A stretch of DNA of 64,000 nucleotides from Eledone cirrhosa. Taxonomy: Eukaryota. Both the position numbers and the translations under genes were made by a program. The stretch covers positions 228,222,001 through 228,286,000 of the forward strand of contig OZ024740.1 in assembly GCA_964016885.1 (NCBI GenBank). Reading direction: 5' to 3'. Numbering within the stretch: the stretch's first letter is position 1; each line of letters begins with the position of its first letter. The notes under the pieces are model-generated. The model saw only the letters and a list, made by a program, of their open reading frames with translations. It was not told where the DNA came from and searched no databases. Below are positions 54,687 to 64,000 of this stretch, one piece after another.

Positions 54687-55668
54687 CGTGTGTGCATGCA
54701 TATATAAATACTTGAATATCTCTCTGACCTTTTTCATGGATACACACAAACAAACACACACACACACACACACACATATGAAGCGAAATTTTATAATTAA
54801 TCCGTGTGTTCGGGGTCACCAATGGAAGCAATGTTTTTTGGTTGTTGTTGAAGAGGATGATAAACACGACAAATACCAATAATTCTGGCTGGATATATAA
54901 CTTTACTTCACTTTAGCCAAAAGGAAAAAATATGATTAGTTTGAATCATAAATATAAAGTTTGATGGTAGCACCACAAACCAATATAGTGTTCAAAAAGG
55001 TTTCTGTGTTTGCTGGAGAATCTTTGTTTAATATGCTATATTCGATAAAAAAGTGACAAGTTGTAGTCAGATATGAAGAGACAGGTGACTGACTGTGGTT
55101 GATGTGCAGATGGAAGAATTGCTGTCCGGCCCTTGTTGAGAGGGCCGTAGCGATTTGCTAAGCGTTATATCCCGCCACTTGCTTCACCAGGTCGAAGTGA
55201 TGCTTCTCTTCCGAGGAACCAGCGTCGAATGACTCAAAGAAAAACTTATTTCATCTCACCTCCATCCGGCCAGCCTCTCCAGATCACTGACGCCACTAGA
55301 GAAATAATAGCCAGATGTCATTCGGAGGTCAGTATATGCGAAGAGATTTCGTTGCATATATATATATATATATAAAAATATGGGCGAGTAGAATACTGCT
55401 GGTTGCACATGGATAACATGTTATAAAATGAGTCCCTCATCAGTGATTTACCAAACGATCATGGGTATTTCATCGCATTAAAAATCATATACCTCACGTT
55501 GGAGCGATAATAACTAAAATAAGTTATTAGGACAAAAGAAACGCGTAAAGCGAGTGAGACAAGTAAACAACACAGGGGGAAGCTAACCGAAGATGGAAAT
55601 AAACACAAGCAACATAGTTATTCTTTCAGCATAAGCTGTGTGAATATATGAGCGAGTCAAGAAAACAG

Positions 55669-55720
<52 letters not shown>

Positions 55721-55847
55721 TTTTATTACGGCTGAATAGTGAGTTTTGTTACTCTGGAGTCTCGCCTGTTTATCACAGGCTCATCTAACAAGAACTAACG
55801 TTGGTTCTTGTCTGATGACCCTGTGATAAACAGGCGAGACTCCAGAG

Positions 55848-58063
55848 CAGGGCTTCCCAACGGGGTCCAGGTGGACCCCCAGTGGTCCATGGCGCGATTA
55901 CCGGGATCCACAGAAAAATGCTGAATTAAATGTACATAATGGAATGTACACAATTAAATGTATAATAAATGAGTTGATTTAGTAAAAGTTATTGCACTTT
56001 TCTCAATATTTTCAATTATTTTCTTTCCTTTTCAATTAAATCGTTTTAAGTACGGTACATACGTTTTCAAGCATCAAGAAGAAACGTCTTCATTTCTGGA
56101 ATTTGAATTGTAAATTGTAAATTTTAAAAAGCTTCTTAATTGCATTTTTCTATTTTAGGTTTCTTCCCATAACAATTAAATATGAGCCAAAGCAAGAAGA
56201 AATGTAGGCAGTATGATCCCTCTTATATTCAATATGGATTTATTAGCAGCAGTAACAATCCATTACTACGACAGTGTCTTATTTGTTTGACACAACTGAC
56301 GAATGCATCAATGAAACTCGCCAAACTTTCTTTACATCTCAACAAGTGTCATCCCTCATTGGTCAACAAACCTAAAGAATACTTCGAAGCGCTCAGTGAC
56401 AGTGCCCGTTCTTCGTCATCAACATTGAAAGGATTCCTCATCGAGAGCAATAGCGCTTCTGGACTTACCACCTCGTACAATATTGCGCTTTTGATTGCCA
56501 AACAAGGTCGACCGCATACAATTGCTGAGGACCTCATCAAACCTGCAATCATGGAAGCATATAAAGTGGCTAATATTTCTAATCCAGAGTCTGTTCTCAA
56601 CAGCATACCTTTATCCAACAATACCATTTCATCGCGAATAACTGATTTAGCAGATGATGTCAAGTCCATCCTTATTCAAGACCCGTGACACACCAAATTT
56701 TCATTGATGAAAGTACCTTTGCAAATCAGTCTGTGCTCCTTGCTTTTGTCCGCTACATCAAAGATTCCAGAATATGTGAGGAGATGCTCTTTATGAAAAC
56801 TCTCATCAACACTACAGGAGAACAAGTGTGCAACGCTGTCACCGGCTTTTTAAAGACAAATGATATTAGCATGGATAACATGATTTCCACTTGCACAGAT
56901 GGTGCGCCGTCAATGATCGACAAAAGAAAAGGATTTGTGTGCAGATTAATTGAAGATAGAAGCGTGTTTACTATTCATTGAGTTTTACATCGTGAAAATT
57001 TGGTTGCAAAAAATATTGGTAACCGTGATCTTATGGCCATTCTTCAAACGGTTGTTTCATCCATCAACAAAATAAGAACACGAGCCCTTCAAGACAGGCT
57101 TTTCCAGGATGCTTGTCGCGACGAAAATTTTCATCGGCTGGTTTATTCCACAGACGTAAGTTGGCTGTCTCACGAGATTTGTCGTACTGTTTGACAAAGT
57201 TTTGGAATTTTTGCAGAACAGAGACACTGTTCTGAGGAATTCACTTATTGATACAAAGATTGTTATATTGTACTTGGAAGAGATATTTCGGAAACTCAAT
57301 GAACTGAATTTATCCACGCAAAACCAGGATATGAACATCGTACGCGCTAAACAAGTTATAAAGGCATTCATGAACAAATTGGTGATTTGGAAAATGAAAG
57401 CCATGACTCATGACTTCTGTCATTTTTCTAGTTTGGATGGCAAGGAAATTGATTGAGTTACAAACAATTATTGTGGATCATTTGTCTTTCTTGAATGATA
57501 ACTTTCAAACTCGTTTTGAGGATCTTCTACAGTTGAGCATACCACCTTTTGTCGATTTACTTCATACCATAACAATGGAGGGTGTCATGAATCAACCTGA
57601 ATGCGTCCAGATTGAGCTGTGCGAGGCCATTGCTGACGAGCGCTTGATTCAGGCCTCTGAGAAAAATTGGGTGAAAGCGTGGCTGCAAAGCTCGATCAAA
57701 TATCAAACCTTGTATGAAAAGGTGGAACCATTTATAATTAATCTACCAACGTCCAATTTGGTGGAGAAAGGCTTTTCGCTTTTACTTCATTCATTCACAA
57801 AGCAACGAAGGAGCTTTCACTTGAACGATAATCCAGAAATGAGGCTCCGTCTTAGTGACCTACAACCACGGATTTCTGCTCTCGTGAGTAATAAACAGCC
57901 ACAAGGCTCTCACTAAAAACGTGTGCCCGTAGGACACTTTGATCATTACGAATACATTTTGTTTGTTGAATTAATGTCCTAAGTTTTGAATGCTCTTGGG
58001 GGGTCCATAGCGAAAAATGATTCTGCTTGAGGATCCATAGTGAAAAAAGGTTGGGAAGCCCTG
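55848..58063 (+). mobile_element. Full-length hAT transposon, Buster/Charlie (ZBED5/SCAND3-like) group, 2216 bp
   Basis: Perfect 14-bp TIR CAGGGCTTCCCAAC; exact 8-bp TSD CTCCAGAG at 55840-55847 and 58064-58071. Confidence 0.95.
56182..57916 (+). pseudogene. Frameshifted hAT transposase (five ORF pieces)
   Basis: BED-like KCRQY..YGF..QCLIC..SMK..KL..HL..H; IDEST; CTDGAPSM; IH*VLHRENL; TDVSWLS; LVEKGFS; C-terminal QPQGSH. Confidence 0.92.
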
Positions 58064-59020
58064 CTCCAGAGTAACAAGACTCACTTATATATATATATGA
58101 ATAAATTTAGTCCTTCATCAGTGATCTTCCAGCCTTCATTGGTATTTCATCGCTTTAAAGACCATATACCTCTGGTTGGTGCGAGCAAGGGCTAAAGAAA
58201 GTCGTTGGGACACGTAAATAGGGGGAACGAGCGAGACAGTAAACAAACAAAGATGGTAATGCAACGAAAAGTGAGGAATAAGGAGTCAAGTCCCTGAAAT
58301 CGATGAACATAAGTTCTGTGAAATCGTAGACGAGAGAGAATAAAGACCATCCGACCTGGTCGAAGTGTGAGTGAGGAAAGAATCTCGCACAGGTCAAACG
58401 GGAGGAAGTAGGAGAGGGAGTAGCAGAGAGTGAGTGAGTGAAAGTGTGAGGAAGAGGCTAACATAGACAGTGTTTATACGTGTGCACGCGCAACGGTGCG
58501 AGCTGACAGACAATCACACGTACGTACTCTATGATAAAATAAGAATTGTAATTCTTTACACTTTTCGATCCTGACACACAGATTTTCTATTTCAGTTTAT
58601 ATTTTTCAAAATTTTTGATATTGGTTGTAACACACACGCATTCTTTATTTGTTTGGCACCCTCCACCACGTGAAATGGTGGCAGGATAGATGCCAGCTTA
58701 CACACATAGATTCTTCAGACCATAGCAGCAGCACACTAAAGCTGACCTGCTAGATGACACCTTAACACCACTACCACTACCAACACAATGGAGGAGATCA
58801 GCTGACAAATATTCTGACAAAAACAACTATAACAGGCTGACTTGCCCCAGAAGAGTTTCTATAGACTTTTGACTGAGGAATGGTCTCACAACTGACCAAT
58901 AGGATACGAATGTGTCCTATGACGCTGAAATTCGTTTGTTCTAGCTGGACACATCGATGTATTGACGGAGTGAAACACACCTCAACAACATGTGTACCTG
59001 TCTTTTCCACACCAATTCGG

Positions 59021-59075
59021 ACTGCCTGAAGAGGTCAGAGCCAATGATGGCTGTCACCGAAATATATATAGCTGT
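59021..59075 (+). ncRNA. Minimal type I hammerhead motif
   Basis: ACTGC-CTGAAGA(59026-59032)-GGT..AGCCA atga TGGCT..ACC-GAAA(59059-59062)-T ATAT A-TA-GCTGT; about 60 bp upstream of a (TA)n tract. Confidence 0.7.
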
Positions 59076-59127
59076 AAATATATAATTTATAATAAACGAA
59101 GCTAAATTTTTACATATTTGACTTACT

Positions 59128-59228
<101 letters not shown>

Positions 59229-59309
59229 GTGCATATGTTTGAGTATATATTCTGTTTATGTATGTCTTATTGCGGATATATATGCATTTTAATGGATCAA
59301 TGTAAGAAT

Positions 59310-59499
59310 TGTTTCTACTTTTGGCACATGGCCAGCAATTACCCCAGTGTATTACTGGTACTTTATTTTATCGACCCCGTAAGGATGAAAGGCAAAGTTA
59401 ACCTCGGCGGGATTTGAACTCAGAATGGCAAGGGCCGTAACTCTATACGTCAAAGCATGGCGTCCGACCCTCTACCGATACTGCCAACTCACCGCCAAG
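59310..59499 (-). mobile_element. SINE family A, full length
   Basis: Complete reverse-complement copy flanked by TGGATCAAT(G/A)TAAG direct repeats. Confidence 0.88.
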
Positions 59500-60449
59500 T
59501 GGATCAATATAAGGATGTAAGAGAATGTATGTCTGTGTGAGAGAGTAGATGCGCATGTTATAGGGATGACATGTTTTAATGTTCTTTAACCACTGGTTAA
59601 CATTCACTATTCACCTCTATGTTCAGATACATTCCATCTATGACCATCTCCTCTTTTTTCCCAAGTGGAGAGAACCTAGTGCCACATTATCTAGCCTGTT
59701 TCTTTCTATGACCGTTGGGAGGGATTTGAGAGAACTTTGGCTACTATTTCTAGCAGGTCGAACAAGGTACGGAAAAAGTTATCTTGCGAGTCCAAACACA
59801 TAAAATATTATGGTGCCTCCATGTGTAAAGTCTGCAACAAAAAAAAAAAGACCCCAAAAGACTGAAAAATGTGGTGAAGTGTAGGGAATGACAAATATAT
59901 AACATTTGAATAAAATGGTGCCCCTTTGTCCATGATGCCCCCTTAATGGTTAATCCCACCCAGGGCCGAGTAACCACGTAGACTCTACACAATAGAGGCT
60001 CTCGCTGGTTGGTTCTAATGAATGTTATTAATGTTAGAATTGTTTAGATCCGTGTCAACCCTAATCGAGGAGACCCACGATCAAAGACAATCCAAGAATG
60101 ACCATCGCGTCTTAGTATGTTTTTAAAGCATAACATTATCTAATGTGAAGACGTGTGACTCAATGGTTCAGTGCACAATCATAAGGCCATGCGCTCGAAT
60201 CCCGACGATGCATTGTGTCCTTGAGCAAGACACTTTATTTCACGTTGCTCCAGACCACTCAGCTGGCAAACATGAGTTGTACCTGTAATTGTCTGGGCAG
60301 CCGAACTTACCACACAGAGTGTCATGCTGAATCACCCCGAGAAATATTCTAAAGGTGGAATGCGCAGTCACTTGCATGTTAATTTCACGAGCAGGCTATT
60401 CCGTTGGTCATAACAACTGGAATCTGACTGTCGTAATCAATGAGGGTGC

Positions 60450-60532
<83 letters not shown>

Positions 60533-60829
60533 ACACACACACACACAGATACACACACACGCACACGCACACACACATACGCAAACACACACACACACGC
60601 ACACACACACATACACACAAGCACACACATACACAGACGCACACACGCATACATACACACGCGCACACACACATATACACGTACACTCACTCTCAAACTC
60701 TCTCTCTCTCCCTGCCACACACATACACACTCAATCAATCTCACTCTCCCCCCCTCTCTCTCTCTCATACACAAACATACACACATACATAAATACACGC
60801 AATCACACACACAGTCACACACACACAAT

Positions 60830-63200
60830 CACAGACACACACTGTCACACATACACGCTCTCTCACCCTCTCTCTCTTACACACACACATACATACTGTC
60901 ACACATACACACTCTCTCACCCTCTCTCTCTTACACACACACATACACACTGTCCCACATACACACTCTCTCCCCCTCTCTCTCTTACACAGATACATAC
61001 ACACTGTCACACATACACACTCTCTCACCCTCTCTCTCTTACACAGACACATACACACTGTCACACATACACACTCTCTCACCCTCTCTCTCTTACACAC
61101 ACACATACACACTGTCCCACATACACACTCTCTCACCCTCTCTCTCTTACACAGACACATACACACTGTCACACATACACACTCTCTCACCCTCTCTCTC
61201 TTACACAGACACATACACACTGTCACACATACACACTCTCTCACCCTCTCTCTCTTACACACACACATACACACTGTCACACATAACACTCTCTCACCCT
61301 CTCTCTCTTACACACACACATACACACTGTCACACATACACACTCTCTCACCCTCTCTCTCTTACACACACACATACACACTGTCACACATACACACTCT
61401 CTCACCCTCTCTCTCTTACACAGACACATACACACTGTCACACATACACACTCTCTCACCCTCTCTCTCTTACACAGACACATACACACTGTCACACATA
61501 CACACTCTGTCACCCTCTCTCTCTTACACAGACACATACACACTGTCACACATACACACTCTCTCACCCTCTCTCTCTTACACACACACATACACACTGT
61601 CACACATACACACTCTCTCACCCTCTCTCTCTTACACAGATACATACACACTGTCACACATACACACACTCTCACCCTCTCTCTCTTACACACACACATA
61701 CACACTGTCACACATACACACTCTCTCACCCTCTCTCTCTTACACACACACACATACACACTGTCACACATACACACTCTCTCACCCTCTCTCTCTTACA
61801 CACACACATACACACTGTCACACATACACACTCTCTCACCCTCTCTCTCTTACACAGATACATACACACTGTCACACATACACACACTCTCACCCTCTCT
61901 CTCTTACACAGACACATACACACTGTCACACATACACACTCTCTCACCCTCTCTCTCTTACACAGACACATACACACTGTCACACATACACACTCTCTCA
62001 CCCTCTCTCTCTTACACAGACACATACACACTGTCACACATACACACTCTCTCACCCTCTCTCTCTTACACAGATACATACACACTCTCTCACCCTCTCT
62101 CTCTTACACACACACATACACACTGTCACACATACACACTCTCTCACCCTCTCTCTCTTACACAGACACATACACACTCTCTCACCCTCTCTCTCTTACA
62201 CAGACACATACACACTCTCTCACCCTCTCTCTCTTACACACACACATACACACTGTCACACATACACACTCTCTCACCCTCTCTCTCTTACACAGACACA
62301 TACACACTGTCACACATACACACTCTCTCACCCTCTCTCTCTTACACACACACATACACACTGTCACACATACACACTCTCTCACCCTCTCTTACACACA
62401 CACATACACACTGTCACACATACACACTCTCTCACCCTCTCTCTCTTACACATACACATACACACTGTCACACATACACACTCTCTCACCCTCTCTTACA
62501 CACACACATACTCACTGTCACACATACACACTCTGTCACCCTCTCTCTCTTACACACACACATACACACTGTCACACATACACACTCTCTCACCCTCTCT
62601 CTCTAACACAGATACATACACACTGTCACACATACACACTCTCTCGCCCCCTCTCTCTTACACATACACATACACACTGTCACACATACACACTCTCTCA
62701 CCCTCTCTTACACAGACACATACACACTGTCACACATACACATACACACTCTCTCACATACACACTCTCTCACCCTCTCTCTCTTACACACACACATACA
62801 CACTGTCACACATACACACTCTCTCACCCTCTCTCTCTTACACAGACACATACACACTGTCACACATACACACTCTCTCACCCTCTCTCTCTTACACAGA
62901 TACATACACACTGTCACACATACACACTTTCTCACCCTCTCTCTCTTACACAGACACATACACACTGTCACACATACACACTCTCTCACCCTCTCTCTCT
63001 TACACAGATACATACACACTGTCACACATACACACTTTCTCACCCTCTCTCTCTTACACAGACACATACACACTGTCACACATACACACTCTCTCACCCT
63101 CTCTCTCTTACACACACACATACACACTGTCACACATACACACTCTCTCACCCTCTCTCTCTTACACACACACATACACACTCTCTCTCTTACACACACA
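60830..63200. repeat. 54-bp CA/CT-derived minisatellite (~40 units)
   Basis: Unit CTGTCACACATACACACTCTCTCACCCTCTCTCTCTTACACA(G/C)ACACATACACA; the 928-aa ORF is a read-through. Confidence 0.95.
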
Positions 63201-63347
63201 TTATCCAATGTATCCTGTCACAATAGAAGTTGTTATATAAGGGTACGTATGTAATTTGAGGGAAACTTGCCTCTTATTTCTAGTAGTTGATGGACCACGT
63301 AGTCTCCTATTTGACTCGTGTAATGAAAGTAATAGTGAGTGATACAA

Positions 63348-64000
63348 ACAGCAGCAGCAGTTGCAGCAGCATTAGCAGTAACAACAACAACACCTCCAGT
63401 AGCACCATGGCACCACCACCACCACCACCACCACCACCACCGATACCCACAGCAGCAGCAACAGCGCCACCACCACTACTGACACCCACAGCAGCAGCAG
63501 CAGCAGCACCACTACTGACACCCACAGCAGCAGCAGCAGCAGCACCACTACTGACACCCACAGCAGCAGCAGCAGCAGCAGCACTACTAACACCCACAGC
63601 AGCACCACCACCACCACTGACACCCACAGCAGCTGCAGCAGCACCACTACTGACACCCGCAGCAGCAGCAGCACCACTACTGACACCCACAGCAGCAGCA
63701 GCAGCACCAGTACTGACACCCTCAGCAGCAGCAGCAGCAGCACCACTACTGACACCCTCAGCAGCAGCAGCAGCAGCACCACTACTGACACCCTCAGCAG
63801 CAGCAGCAGCAGCACCACTACTGACACCCACAGCAGCACCACCACCACCACCACCACCGACACCCACAGCAGCAGCAGCACCACCACCACCACCGACACC
63901 CACAGCAGCAGCAGCACCACCACCACCACCGACACCCACAGCAGCAGTAGCACCACCACCACCACCGACACCCACAGCAGCAGCACCACCACCACCACCA
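63348..64000. repeat. CAG/CAC-derived ~30-36 bp minisatellite, runs off window end
   Basis: GACACCCACAGCAGCAGCAGCACCACTACT-type units. Confidence 0.9.

Noticed and set aside
60440-63226. 928-aa His/Thr-rich ORF
   Set aside because: Translation of a 54-bp CA/CT minisatellite that changes frame with unit indels.

Overview
Eukaryotic, gene-poor and almost entirely repeat-derived 64 kb window. The microsatellite density and tRNA-SINE families suggest a cephalopod (octopus-like) genome, which is an inference. No host exon could be supported, and nearly all long ORFs in the track are simple-repeat read-throughs. Recognisable elements are: a 5'-truncated R4/Dong-type REL-endonuclease LINE in (TACA)n plus an inverted second 3' end; a young 5'-truncated RTE LINE with three C-terminal C2H2 fingers; a full-length but decayed hAT/Buster transposon (14-bp TIR, 8-bp TSD); a decayed mariner; Penelope RT and GIY-YIG fragments; a Tx1/L1-like 3' fragment; several MITEs; many SINEs; and large mini- and microsatellites. 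The most notable signal, read by eye, is about a dozen type I hammerhead-ribozyme motifs (CTGANGA...GAAA...TH with stems I-III). They belong to roughly ten unrelated short non-coding elements that sit in (TA)n tracts, often as fold-back palindromes. One forms a 633-bp tandem with a ribozyme in each unit (retrozyme/circRNA-like), and another has been split by the hAT insertion. Ribozyme activity has not been tested; all folds are manual.
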